The notes below the pieces were generated by a model. That model saw only the letters and a list, made by a program, of their open reading frames with translations. It did no database searches and was not told where the DNA came from. Shown here one piece after another: positions 9,858-20,201 of a DNA stretch of 64,000 nucleotides. Each line of letters opens with the position of its first letter. The stretch's first letter is position 1. The stretch comes from a virus. Both the position numbers and the translations under genes were made by a program. Where the stretch lies: positions 32,001 through 96,000 of the IMG/VR virus record IMGVR_UViG_3300001605_000008; one strand, 5' to 3'.

Positions 9858-10825
9858 AGATAATCCCGTATGTTGATGTTTCTCAGTTTGTCCTGGCGAG
9901 CGATAAAATCATCAATGTCTTGTTGATTATTCTGTTCCGTGGCTATAAATCCTGGATCAAGGTCCTTGGCCGGTTGACTAAAACTATTTTGATACCGCAA
10001 ATTCAATGCCGACGGATTTTCTAAGTAAGCCCAGCTATGATTAATATCGTGAGATTGAGAATAATTTTTTATGTTGGAAAAATCTGCCACATTTAATGCA
10101 TGTAGTGTGGTCCAGGTTTGTAATTCTAAGTTCGTATGCTGTGACCGCAATAAAAGATATTTGTTTACGGTTCGCTCATAATTAGCCCATCGCACAGGCC
10201 ATCTGACATAATCATGAGTACGGCCAATACCATCTAGACTCAAAGTGACTATAAGTTTGATATCTTGATCTAGTATGTTTTGAATGTTAGGTAACATCCT
10301 GCTGCCATTGGTATTTACCCGCAGGATTTTGGTACTAGGTGGCAAATTTTCTAACAATTTCTGATACCCGGGACTGGCAGTGGGTTCTCCTCCATTGATA
10401 TCTATCTCTACCACTCGTTCCATGGGCACACGATCAAATAAAAAACCATTGTCTATTCGTGGATAGTTTGCAGATTGTAGCGAGCCGATTTTGGTACTGA
10501 GACCAGCGTTGCAGGACTGACATGCACTGTTGCAGATGTTATCTAGCACTCCTCCTAATATGAGATAATCAGGGTTCTTGTTCAACATAGCATGTTTTTT
10601 GATAGAAAAAAGCCTGATGCTGTGCGAAGGCTCGGTATCTTTGCATCGTTGGCATTCTTGGGGCCATATATCTTTTTCCATCTTTGCCCGTATGTCCAAT
10701 AGCCATTGACTAGATTGCATGGATTCCCAATTTTCAAATCCTGGTGCTCCGATCATGTGACCACACTTACCGACGGTTCCGTCGGCATTGAATCTCACAA
10801 AATGATCAAGTCTTGGACAATACAT
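9854..10825 (-). CDS. Radical SAM enzyme with N-terminal SPASM/twitch-like domain
   Basis: CNSACQSC, INGGEPT, VNTNG; N-terminal YCP...DGTVGKC...CQRC. Confidence 0.88.
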   Translation of the reverse strand: MYCPRLDHFVRFNADGTVGKCGHMIGAPGFENWESMQSSQWLLDIRAKMEKDIWPQECQRCKDTEPSHSIRLFSIKKHAMLNKNPDYLILGGVLDNICNSACQSCNAGLSTKIGSLQSANYPRIDNGFLFDRVPMERVVEIDINGGEPTASPGYQKLLENLPPSTKILRVNTNGSRMLPNIQNILDQDIKLIVTLSLDGIGRTHDYVRWPVRWANYERTVNKYLLLRSQHTNLELQTWTTLHALNVADFSNIKNYSQSHDINHSWAYLENPSALNLRYQNSFSQPAKDLDPGFIATEQNNQQDIDDFIARQDKLRNINIRDYL

Positions 10826-11462
10826 GAGTCAGGCTTTGGAATTTCTTGGAAATAATATTCAATGGGCAGGCCGGATGTCTATGATAGATTGCTAACAGTT
10901 CTTGCCAGGTCATCGATTCACCTCTATATCCCAACAGTATACGATCTAGTAGAAACCAAAGTTCTAGAGATCTAGTATGTTCTAACACAAGATCTGCCCA
11001 GGCCTGATCATAAGGCAATATCCAGGCACGATCACGGAGCTGGGTAACATTTTCTAGTTCCGAAAGATCGTGCAATCTTATGACACAATCCTTGGTTAAA
11101 AATCTAACAAGATTCAAGATCCAATGCCACTGTGGTAGATAGTGTCGATTGAGAAAAGAATATTTTAATGCCATGTGTGTGCAGGTATCTCGATCTAGCA
11201 TGGGATGATCCCGACATAGATGCTGCACAAAAGTATTGACTCCACTGAGATATCTGTCTACTGGATCCCTGAGAAAAATGTCCACTGAATCCAGAGTCAT
11301 TAAATCCAGATTGGATACAATTTTCCAGTTTTGCTTCTTGGCTTCTGTTCGCAATGAAGAACTGCCATTTTTCTGAATTAGATAAATCTGTAGATTGTGA
11401 GGTGGCGCTAGTACCACCTCACAATCATCTGGAAACAGCTCTTGATCCAGATTGGTCAGCAT
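10806..11462 (-). CDS. Sulfotransferase family 2-like protein
   Basis: IQKNGSSSL (5'-PSB loop), LRDPVDRYLSG (3'-PB), HYLPQ. Confidence 0.7.
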   Translation of the reverse strand: MLTNLDQELFPDDCEVVLAPPHNLQIYLIQKNGSSSLRTEAKKQNWKIVSNLDLMTLDSVDIFLRDPVDRYLSGVNTFVQHLCRDHPMLDRDTCTHMALKYSFLNRHYLPQWHWILNLVRFLTKDCVIRLHDLSELENVTQLRDRAWILPYDQAWADLVLEHTRSLELWFLLDRILLGYRGESMTWQELLAIYHRHPACPLNIISKKFQSLTHVLSKT

Positions 11463-12451
11463 TAGCCCTTGTTCTGACGAGCCCGGATCATGGCCAGGAT
11501 GTCCTGAGCATTCTGTCCGCCAGCAGCTGGTTTGGCCACAGGTTCTGATGCAGGCTCATCTTCATCAAATGAGCTTGCCGCAGGCGCAGGCTTGGCCGCT
11601 GCTGCAGGAGCTGCCACGGATTCCTCTTCCACCGCGGATAATGCTGCTGATCCAGCAGCAGGAGCTGCCACACCAGCTGGTCGGAAGTACTGACCCCAAC
11701 GCTCGGCATCGTAGGCTTTGCCATCCACGGATGCTTCAAACATCTCTTTCATTACTTTCAACTCAACATCAGTTGGCTTCTTGGGCAGGAAGTCACTCAG
11801 GGTAAACAAGCCATGTGCGGCCAGTGCTGCTTGTTCCGCTTCTGTAAGCGCAGTTTCTTTGCGGCTCCACTTGGAAGTATTGTAGTCAGCATATCCACCC
11901 TTGGATGTTTTGGTGATACGGAAGTCCAGGCCACGCATCAAGTCCGTGGGCAGTTCTTCCAGTTCAGGATCCATCAGCGCGGATTTGATCAAGGTAAAGA
12001 TCTGTGGACCGATGATGAAACGCCGGATGGGATTCTCCGGGGTCTTGTCGTCGCCCAAGGGATTTTCACGCACAAATCCCTGCATGATGTATGAACGTTT
12101 CTTCCAGTACTTGCGACCCATGTCTTCCAGGCTCTTGTCCTTGAACCAGGTACGCACTTCTGCCAGGATCGGACAGGCTTCGCCCCACATTTCCACGCAG
12201 GGAACATTTACCTGTACTTGTTTGGAGTCCATTTCACCTTTGATACCGGCGAATGGAAGTTTGATCATTGCACGTTCTGCCCAGAAGAAAGTGTTCTTTG
12301 AGTCACCATCTGGTAGGAAGCGCAGTGTTGCGCTGGATCCTTCGGCCATGTTCCAGTGGGGGTAAATCTGATTATCCCCGGGAGTACCTACACCGCCTTT
12401 GTTGGATTCTGCTGCTTGGAGTCTTGCTCGGATTTCTGAGAGTGAAGCCAT
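11462..12451 (-). CDS. gp32: Single-stranded DNA-binding protein gp32
   Basis: LRFLP, CVEMWGEACP, GRKYWKKRSY, IGPQIF, YADYNTSKW, acidic/Ala-rich tail. Confidence 0.92.
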   Translation of the reverse strand: MASLSEIRARLQAAESNKGGVGTPGDNQIYPHWNMAEGSSATLRFLPDGDSKNTFFWAERAMIKLPFAGIKGEMDSKQVQVNVPCVEMWGEACPILAEVRTWFKDKSLEDMGRKYWKKRSYIMQGFVRENPLGDDKTPENPIRRFIIGPQIFTLIKSALMDPELEELPTDLMRGLDFRITKTSKGGYADYNTSKWSRKETALTEAEQAALAAHGLFTLSDFLPKKPTDVELKVMKEMFEASVDGKAYDAERWGQYFRPAGVAAPAAGSAALSAVEEESVAAPAAAAKPAPAASSFDEDEPASEPVAKPAAGGQNAQDILAMIRARQNKG

Positions 12452-12481
12452 TTTGTTTTGCCTTTCAATTAAAAGAGAAAT

Positions 12482-13243
12482 TTAAGATTGCCTTAAATGT
12501 TTGCCTACAAGGTTATTATACACAGCCTTGTCTGTGTTTCCTATGGAACTGGATAAATTCATTTCACACCGGTGTTCATGTTGTTTAATCTGGACGGATG
12601 CATAATCGTTGCCGCAGTACGCACAGCATAGCCTACGATAATGTGTGCCTTTGCGAGCTTTATTCATTTCAATAAATTGTTTTTTTCTTTCTTCTAATGC
12701 ACCCGGTTTCTGATATATCCAATTGTTTTTACCGGATACTTTTTCTGCTACCTCTGGTCGTTTCATATGATGTTTGTTGCCACTTGTTTTTGCTACTTTT
12801 TTTGCTACAATATCCGGATCTCTCATTGGATTTTTATTGTCTGGATTGGCCCATCTTCTTTTTTGTGCATCGGCGGCCAACTTATTTTTCTTACCATAGG
12901 AATGATGTTCCGGACCTTTTTTCCCAAAGTGTGGATGATCACTGCCATACAAAGGAGCAATTGCCACGTTATCAGTCTTGTTTAACCATCTACCATCATC
13001 AACAACTTTCATCCGCTTTAGCACACGATTTTCCCAGAGCCGTGCAGATTTTGCATTATCAAAAGTTTTTCGAATTAGTTTAATGGAGGGATCGCCGTGT
13101 TCCTGTATAAATGATTTTACAGATTGGCTTGAAGTTTGGTAGGGATTCCAGAAATCGCTGGGGTCGCAATTTCGTGCATATCGGACGCCATAATACCAAC
13201 GATCGAATTCGGGCCATCCAATAAGATAAGTGTACGGTTTCAT
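12482..13243 (-). mobile_element. Free-standing GIY-YIG-like (Seg-type) homing endonuclease with NUMOD3 repeats and Zn finger
   Basis: PYTYLI...WYYGVR...YQTSS N-terminus, HPHFGKK repeats, CAYC...HEHRC. Confidence 0.75.
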
Positions 13244-13336
13244 GATGTATTAATTGCCTATTTTTTGCCTACTGCATGCCACTACATGCATTTTGTTTAT
13301 TTAGCAAAGTCAACGAAACTTTGCGATTTTATTTGC

Positions 13337-15175
13337 CTAAATGCGTGCTAGTTCGATCAGTCGGTTGATGTCAGAGCGTTCTGTGCTTTCTGAGCTCATG
13401 TTAGAAGGACGGGTCATCATGATTCCATCCGTATCTAAATCTTCTGCCACGCTGACACTCAGAGTCTGCACGATCTCCTCTACACGTGATTCGGGCATGC
13501 CATCGGTGCCGCGTATGCGTGGGGAGCCGCTGTGTGTGTACACAGAAAAAATGCCACCGGATATGGGATCGCGATAGTAGAAAGTGTCGGAATAATCATC
13601 ACCGGTGCTGTTGTCCCGGAATCCTGGCAGCAGTCGGGTGTTGAGATCAAATCCTGAATGTATCTTGCCTTCAGAAGGCAATCCTTCCGGAGTAACTGGT
13701 TCAAATGTCACTGATTCTTCGTCTAACTGCACGCCTTTGGATCCACCGCTTTTGTATCGCACATCGAATGCTCGATCCAGGCGAGATGTCAATTGTTTGT
13801 CCAGCTTCTCCAAGGGATCTGGTTCTGGAATGCTGCCGCCACGTTCGGGCCTGGCATGGTGCTTTAATCCAGTTGAGGTTTTCACGACCGTGCCGATCCT
13901 GGGTAGACCGTCATCACGATTGTCGATCTCGTTGTTCTTGGGATAACGACCTTCTTGTACTTCTGGATTGAACTCTAAATCGATACCCAGCTCTTGTGCT
14001 CGCTGAGCGATCAAGGGGCGTGCATCTGCATCTGGATCAGTGATGGACAACTCATCCAATTGATCAAACAGCTGATCATCACCAAATATATCATAGAGCT
14101 GTTCGGTGGCATTGGTAGCATCTGGACCCACGGGCAGTTCTTGTGCCATGAGTTCCTGTAGCTGTCTCTGCTGTTCTGGGGTGGTAGGCATGGCCCAGGT
14201 GCCTTCGGTGATGGTGTTGGTCCACTGTTCAAATTCTTGTATTTCTCTCATGTTGTTGTCTTTCAATCTGGCCAATATAGGTAACGCAGCTTCGATGCGT
14301 GAATCCAAGGTATTTTCGATAAACAGTTGTTTGATCTCATCTACCGCGGTTTCTTGCTCGGTGATACGAGCAGGATCCCAGGATTCTCGGATTTTTTGAT
14401 AGCCGCGCTGGGTGCTCAGTGCTCGTATGTCACGGCGGAGGCTTTCATAATATTGGTTGGCCTGCTCTACCAGGCCATGTGTGGCACCTTCAAATATACG
14501 GGAATGGTTGGCTCTACGGAAACGACTCAGTACCATCATCTCTTCCACCATGGTGGAGATGTGCTGGCCAAATGCGTCATAAGGATTGCCACCCTGGGCC
14601 ACATGACGTGCCTGGGCACGTGCTTCCACCATTTTGCGAGTACGCATCCGGAAGCGCTCGCCGGCGTGATTTTCCACGAACACAGCGTCAATGTTTCGAT
14701 ATCGGGCTTCACCTTCGCCCAAGGGTCTGCTGTGCTGTATCACTATGCGTGTTTTTTGCGGTTGATCAGCATAGCTTGTACGACGTGTACCATAGTAGCC
14801 TTCGAACAGGCCTTCTTTGATGGCTGCCATGCCTTGCATGGTGTATTTGAGACGATTGAGATTCTGTGTGTTGAAATTCATCAAGTTACGCACGGCAAAA
14901 TCTTTGATCTGTTTGAGGAAATCGTACCATTCACCTTTGTCATCACCTTCCATGGTGCGACCAAGATTGTCTCCAAAGTACACTTCCAGATCATTGTCTG
15001 CGCCCAGCAGTATCACTACAGTGCCGTAGTTTTTGTTTGAGGTTTTCCAGTCAAAACTAAAGATCTCTGCTTCTTCGGGATTGGTCACGGGTTTACCGGC
15101 AGTGTCCAAGATTTCAGGCTCAAAATCACGTGTGACCAAGAGTTCATAAAGCGAAGAGGCAGGAGTATTTTGCAT
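13337..15175 (-). CDS. Putative virion/head-associated protein, 612 aa
   Basis: Long ORF directly after the terminase, with a late motif 5 nt upstream and acidic modular C-terminal half. Confidence 0.7.
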   Translation of the reverse strand: MQNTPASSLYELLVTRDFEPEILDTAGKPVTNPEEAEIFSFDWKTSNKNYGTVVILLGADNDLEVYFGDNLGRTMEGDDKGEWYDFLKQIKDFAVRNLMNFNTQNLNRLKYTMQGMAAIKEGLFEGYYGTRRTSYADQPQKTRIVIQHSRPLGEGEARYRNIDAVFVENHAGERFRMRTRKMVEARAQARHVAQGGNPYDAFGQHISTMVEEMMVLSRFRRANHSRIFEGATHGLVEQANQYYESLRRDIRALSTQRGYQKIRESWDPARITEQETAVDEIKQLFIENTLDSRIEAALPILARLKDNNMREIQEFEQWTNTITEGTWAMPTTPEQQRQLQELMAQELPVGPDATNATEQLYDIFGDDQLFDQLDELSITDPDADARPLIAQRAQELGIDLEFNPEVQEGRYPKNNEIDNRDDGLPRIGTVVKTSTGLKHHARPERGGSIPEPDPLEKLDKQLTSRLDRAFDVRYKSGGSKGVQLDEESVTFEPVTPEGLPSEGKIHSGFDLNTRLLPGFRDNSTGDDYSDTFYYRDPISGGIFSVYTHSGSPRIRGTDGMPESRVEEIVQTLSVSVAEDLDTDGIMMTRPSNMSSESTERSDINRLIELARI

Positions 15176-15183
15176 AAGGATAT

Positions 15184-16737
15184 TTATGCTATGGTCATCA
15201 CAAAAGGCAAGGGTTCGATCAGGTTGTCCCGGTGATCGCGCATCTGCTCATCCAATTCTCTGTGATAAGTCTGCAAGACCTGCAACATGCGCACGATCAA
15301 CACTGTGGCCATCACAAGATCATCTGTTTCCCCGGGCTTGGCTGCGTATCCAGTGCCCGATGCTACGAAATTTTTCAGTTCCGAGATTAGCGGTGCGCTG
15401 TGTATGCGCATCCTTCCGCTTTCAATCAAATGTTTGAGTTTAGCACAAGCCGCCAGCTTGGATTTGGGAGTGGTGTTGAATCCTCGGCGAGATTTTCCGG
15501 GTTCCGAGAGGAAATATCCCGGGATGTTTTCTTCACCAAACTCAGTGATGGATATCAATGACGCTTCGCCGATGCTGTTGTTTTCTATAGAATAGTAAAT
15601 GCTTTTTTCATCCTTGACCACGTCAAAAATGTGCTGTATGATGTTATTGAGTATCCTGATCTGCGTGGGTATATCTGTGCGGTTGTGTCGCCATTCTGCT
15701 ACCTGTTCTGTGGAGTTGGCCTCAAACACTTGTATGGCCGCGGGATCTCCTCCGGTGCCTAAACTAGGATCCAGACTCACACAGTAAATCTTTCCGGGTT
15801 CGGGAATCTTATACCAGCGCACTTCACCGGTTTTCTTGATGGGTTCGCGAGCTTCGAGATCTATCAGTTTGGCCGGCGCGATCAAGGTCTCATCAGCGAT
15901 GATGAATTCACAATCCATCTCCCGTCGGAAACGATCCACACCCAAGGCCGCACGTTGTTGCTGTGCCCAGACATCATCACGATCTGGATGCTCATGCCAG
16001 AAACTACGATAGGCTCTAAATCCATTCTGCCCCACTTCGGTGGGATTGCCATATTCATCAATACATCTGTTGGCGCCCTTCCACAACAAAGCAAACTGAT
16101 CTTCGTCAGAGTTGGGAGTGGAAGTAATGATGGCTTTACCACCAGTGGCCAAGGTAGGAGATATCGAAGTCCAGAATTCCGTGGCTATGGTGGGTCGTAC
16201 GAACGCAAATTCGTCTGCATACAGCAAGGAGATACTCATGCCCCGGCCGGTGTTTTCTGTGGTGGTAGCACTCACGATACGTGATCCGTTGTCAAAGGTT
16301 AAGCTGCCTTTGTTATAGTCCACAGCGCCAGCCCGTATGTGATCCGGTACTGATTCGTATGCATATCTGATACGCTGCATGATCTCTTGGCTACCTGTGT
16401 ATTTGTGAGCAGCTACCAAGATAGTAGAGTCGGGCACAAACATTGCATACCATAAAAGATATCCAGCAGCCGATGTAGATTTGCCTGTTTGTCGAGGCAT
16501 CATGGAGATCGAAAAACGATAATTGTGATATGTCTCGATCAGTCTCTTTTGATAATCAAAAGGATGGTACACCATGCGACCCTTGGTTGGATGCTGGATG
16601 TAGAAAAAATTATCCATGAAGTACATGGGGCCTGTGACAGGATCAGCGCATTTTTTAAACTCGTCAATCTGCGATTGCGTATAAGGAAGACTCTGATAAG
16701 GAGTCTTGACCAAGTTGATCTCTGTGTTTTTTCCCAT
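15184..16737 (-). CDS. gp17: Terminase large subunit
   Basis: MPRQTGKST Walker A, LLYADEFAF Walker B, ITSTPN, SLDPSLG and DDLVMA RNase H-like nuclease motifs. Confidence 0.96.
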   Translation of the reverse strand: MGKNTEINLVKTPYQSLPYTQSQIDEFKKCADPVTGPMYFMDNFFYIQHPTKGRMVYHPFDYQKRLIETYHNYRFSISMMPRQTGKSTSAAGYLLWYAMFVPDSTILVAAHKYTGSQEIMQRIRYAYESVPDHIRAGAVDYNKGSLTFDNGSRIVSATTTENTGRGMSISLLYADEFAFVRPTIATEFWTSISPTLATGGKAIITSTPNSDEDQFALLWKGANRCIDEYGNPTEVGQNGFRAYRSFWHEHPDRDDVWAQQQRAALGVDRFRREMDCEFIIADETLIAPAKLIDLEAREPIKKTGEVRWYKIPEPGKIYCVSLDPSLGTGGDPAAIQVFEANSTEQVAEWRHNRTDIPTQIRILNNIIQHIFDVVKDEKSIYYSIENNSIGEASLISITEFGEENIPGYFLSEPGKSRRGFNTTPKSKLAACAKLKHLIESGRMRIHSAPLISELKNFVASGTGYAAKPGETDDLVMATVLIVRMLQVLQTYHRELDEQMRDHRDNLIEPLPFVMTIA

Positions 16738-16739
16738 GA

Positions 16740-17384
16740 TTATTTGACGTCTACCGATCTCTGTCGCCGGCAAACAAATATATAGTATCGCTCAGTGACC
16801 GTGCCACGATCGTCCAGAAAAGTCACTGGAAACGAGTACTCATGCCACTCGATATCAAATCCGGTTCTCTGTAACAGGCTCAACCACATGGTACGATCCA
16901 TGATGCTGTAATGATTCCTGTTGTTTTCATGTGGCTGGTCGCAGTTGGGCTGTGGTACTTCGATGTAGAGATATCCGCCCGGTTTTAACACTCGATTGTA
17001 TTCCAACAATGTGATGTAGGGAAAAGGCGAATGTTCCAGGCTGTGTCGGCAAAACAGCAGTGACTGACTTTCGTTGGCTTGCAATAAAAAATTCATGTCG
17101 CTTTTGATCACTGAGTGATTTTTATCTTGACATATCTGGATATCACCGGCACTAAGTGTGACCCCAATGGTGTTGGTGTACCCCCGATCTTTCATCGCAT
17201 CCAGGAAGTAACCGGGGCCACATCCAAGATCCAGGATACCGGCAGTTTTAGGCAAGTTCAAGGGATCGATAAACTTTTCAACCACATCACGAGTGATGTC
17301 TTGGTGGAAATCACTGTGGCCTTCGTCATAGACTTGCCCCAGGACAAAGTCATAATAAAATTTTAGTTTGAGTTGTGTGTTCAT
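16740..17384 (-). CDS. Class I SAM-dependent methyltransferase
   Basis: ILDLGCGPG, CRHSLEH, RVLKPGGYLYIEVP. Confidence 0.88.
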   Translation of the reverse strand: MNTQLKLKFYYDFVLGQVYDEGHSDFHQDITRDVVEKFIDPLNLPKTAGILDLGCGPGYFLDAMKDRGYTNTIGVTLSAGDIQICQDKNHSVIKSDMNFLLQANESQSLLFCRHSLEHSPFPYITLLEYNRVLKPGGYLYIEVPQPNCDQPHENNRNHYSIMDRTMWLSLLQRTGFDIEWHEYSFPVTFLDDRGTVTERYYIFVCRRQRSVDVK

Positions 17385-17408
17385 TGGCAGCCTTGAATAT
17401 GCTGCTAT

Positions 17409-17639
17409 TTACTTGGAACGGGATCGGCCGATGGGCTTTTCGCCCGTGAGATAAGGCAGGCTAAACCACAGCTGGAACCATTCAGGAGTTCCGGGTTGGA
17501 TATCATGTTTTTTCTGTAGTTGAGCTTTTTCCGTGCCTGTGAGACTGATGTTGCTGCCTTCGGTAGTGCGGCGCACACTGTTACCATAGCCCTGTGTGCG
17601 CACACCGGCCAGGCGTTGTAGTTCTTCTAGGGACACCAT
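17409..17639 (-). CDS. Small hypothetical protein (LQRLAGV motif)
   Basis: 76-aa ORF in frame-packed late cluster. Confidence 0.65.
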   Translation of the reverse strand: MVSLEELQRLAGVRTQGYGNSVRRTTEGSNISLTGTEKAQLQKKHDIQPGTPEWFQLWFSLPYLTGEKPIGRSRSK

Positions 17640-18070
17640 GATTGTTTGGCTTCGCCGTAGTATTCACGTGCCAGACCATTTTTAATCAATCCCGCTCGTA
17701 TACTCTGACCATCCACGATGATATCACCCAGCACTCGACCACCAAACTTGTCCCAGCGATACAGTGTGACCTGGATCTTCTTTCCGCTCTTGATGAGTTT
17801 TGTGGTGTATTCACTGGCCTTTAGTGCCTTTTCATTCTCTTGTACACACTGGGCACGATGGCCTTTTTCTGGAGTATCTACGCCAAAGATACGAACTGCC
17901 AGTTCGGGCTTGAGAGGCCGTGGAAGATATGTGGCCGCGATCACTACGGTGTCGCCGTCGCTGACGCGGATCACTGTGGCGTCGTAGGTTTCACCTGGTG
18001 GTGTTTTTTGAGCTACTGCAGATCCCATCATGGTCAGTATCAGTACAACGGTGGCAAAAACTTTTTTCAA
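17627..18070 (-). CDS. Thermonuclease (SNase-like) with Sec signal peptide
   Basis: DGDT, VRIFGVDTPE, DKFGGRVLG, LAREY; N-terminus MKKVFATVVLILTMMGSAVA. Confidence 0.9.
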   Translation of the reverse strand: MKKVFATVVLILTMMGSAVAQKTPPGETYDATVIRVSDGDTVVIAATYLPRPLKPELAVRIFGVDTPEKGHRAQCVQENEKALKASEYTTKLIKSGKKIQVTLYRWDKFGGRVLGDIIVDGQSIRAGLIKNGLAREYYGEAKQSWCP

Positions 18071-19460
18071 TTCGTGGCTCCTCGGATCACAACAAAACGT
18101 ATGACTATAGCATCACTGCGATTTTGATTGCTGGTATTGGTGATGGTTATAGTGGCATTGCCCGTGTTGCATATGGGCCTAAAAATGTAGTCAGTGAGAT
18201 TGGTGGCACTGACTTGGTTAATTATCATCACATCGGTGTTGGCAATGGCAGAATTGTTGAGAGTAAATGCTATAGAAGCGCCGCCGGACAATGTGGCTGC
18301 ATTGGTGGTAATTTCTCCTGTGAGAGCATCGAGAGTTACAGGATCAGATTTGCTGTTGAGCTGTGTGGCCACGTTGCCAGCACCTGCCCGATATCCTATA
18401 CCAGCGGTCTTGCTATTTGATGTCACAGCGCCGGTGGCGATGACCGTGTTGGCCGAGATATTGCCGGTGGTGGTAAATCGAGTAGCTGACACACCATTAG
18501 CCACAGTGACGTTGGCCACTGCTACTCGATTGGCAGCAGATTGGCCTATGGGTGTTACAGTGAACGTGATCTGAGAACCCTGTGCTGTTGTGGTCTGATT
18601 TTCCAGGGCAGTGATAGAGATCTGGCCTAGGGCCACGTTGCCTACTCCAGCATCGGTGGCGGCTGTGGCGTTGATACGCAGGACATCTTCATTGGCCAGC
18701 ACCTGTGTGGGTGCGGCCACATTGCCTCCCCAGCGACGACCCACGATACTGGCATAAGCATCGTTGCCATCTACGTAGAATCTGCAAGGCGTACCAGGAT
18801 TACCTGTGAGCTGTAGCATGGCGCCAGGGGCACCAGGAGTTACGAAGTTGCCCGAAGCTGATCCTATGATCTCCACGCCGCCTTCCAAGGGATCTTCAAC
18901 TGGCACAAATATGCGAAGTTGTCCATCTTCTCGACCAAAGAAATATTGATCTTCGGGATCAGGCACGCCCCACCGTTGCTTTTGTAGAATCCAATGTTGC
19001 CCACCAGCTGTATTTCCGCGCTGCCTTGGGTATCAAGGATCATATTCTCATTTATGTTGATGATGCTGAGAATGTTGTTGTCGGCGGTAAAGTTACCAAA
19101 GCTCAGGGGCAGGCCTGCGGTGTCTATGGTGAGCTCACCTTCATTGGAAATCACCACACCTGGTCCAGGCACGATGCCGCCTATTTTGCCCACAGCAGCA
19201 GGAGAAATGTTGCCAGAGATCACTAGATTGCCGGTGATGGCAATATTGCCCGACGCGGATGTTATGGTGTTGACTGTGATGGTGTTGGCAGTGATGTTGG
19301 CGCCAGTGGCTAAATCTACAGGAATGCCACCTACTGTTACTCCATCGGAAGCGTAGATTGAATTGGTGTTGGGATCGTACCACAGCCGGCCCAACTGACC
19401 CACATAGGTATTGCCGTCTAGTTTGTTGTCGCGGCTGGTATAGAAATTTTGTATGGCCAC
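18067..19460 (-). CDS. Virion fibre-like structural protein, split by a frameshift near 18970
   Basis: ORFs 18864-19460 and 18067-18966 join as ...FYKSNGGGVPDPEDQYFF... if one G is added to a G4 run; GRLWYDP motif; Asn/Thr/Gly-rich. Confidence 0.7.
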
Positions 19461-19469
19461 GGGAGTTCC

Positions 19470-19835
19470 TTAGGACTCCAGCGGTTCGTCGTCGCTGAGT
19501 TCAGAAATAGCTACTACGGGCACGCCAGCATGGCGTCGGATGATGTCAAGCTCATCTTCTGAGTTGTCGTGTGCTTGATCAGCACGAGCTTCACCGGGAT
19601 CGTAAACACTGTCTACTCCCACGGCTTTTTTCAAGAGCTCGGTTTTGAGCTGCAGGGGCGGGATCATCACAGCATCGCCTGCACCAGCATCTTGATTGTG
19701 AGGTGGATCCACGGGAGCACCGGCTGCTGTGGGACTAAGTTCAGCTGGATTCTGTATCTGGTCGTCAGGACGAGCAGGATTTTGTTCTTGCTCTACAGCG
19801 TCTGCGACTCTGCGCAATAGGTCTGCTATTTTCAT
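19470..19835 (-). CDS. Hypothetical head-associated protein
   Basis: 121-aa ORF, Pro/acidic rich, IIRRHAGV motif. Confidence 0.7.
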   Translation of the reverse strand: MKIADLLRRVADAVEQEQNPARPDDQIQNPAELSPTAAGAPVDPPHNQDAGAGDAVMIPPLQLKTELLKKAVGVDSVYDPGEARADQAHDNSEDELDIIRRHAGVPVVAISELSDDEPLES

Positions 19836-20200
19836 CTTGGATATCCTTTGAATGCCTTGATAGGACTTTTGGCGTTGCCGCCGGGTGGTTCTTGGCTTTC
19901 CATATCACCTTTGTTGAGGTCTTGGTAGGAAGCACCCACGGCTCGATAAGCCATTTTGAGCATGTCTGCTTCTTCTTGAGTGTAAGGATGTGCAGTTTTG
20001 CTATTACCAACCCAGCTTTCCTCGTCAATATCGGGTTTGAATGTACCATCAGTAGCAGCAGCAGCCATCATGAGACGATTGAGTTTGTAATTGCTGCTTA
20101 CTCGACTGGCATCCTTGAAAGTATGCAGGCCAGCTGTGCCCCATTGCTGGCGCTTGGTGATCCGACCTTTTTGTTCAATGACGAATTCACTTGCTCTCAT
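19832..20200 (-). CDS. Putative internal head protein (capsid-targeting-like N-terminus MRASEFVIE)
   Basis: N-terminus resembles T4 IPII/IPIII MKTYQEFIAE. Confidence 0.6.
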   Translation of the reverse strand: MRASEFVIEQKGRITKRQQWGTAGLHTFKDASRVSSNYKLNRLMMAAAATDGTFKPDIDEESWVGNSKTAHPYTQEEADMLKMAYRAVGASYQDLNKGDMESQEPPGGNAKSPIKAFKGYPR

Positions 20201-20201
20201 T

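Noticed and set aside
14327-15040. 237-aa plus-strand ORF and other mid-size ORFs overlapping assigned genes
   Set aside because: Fully overlap better-supported opposite-strand genes and show no motifs.
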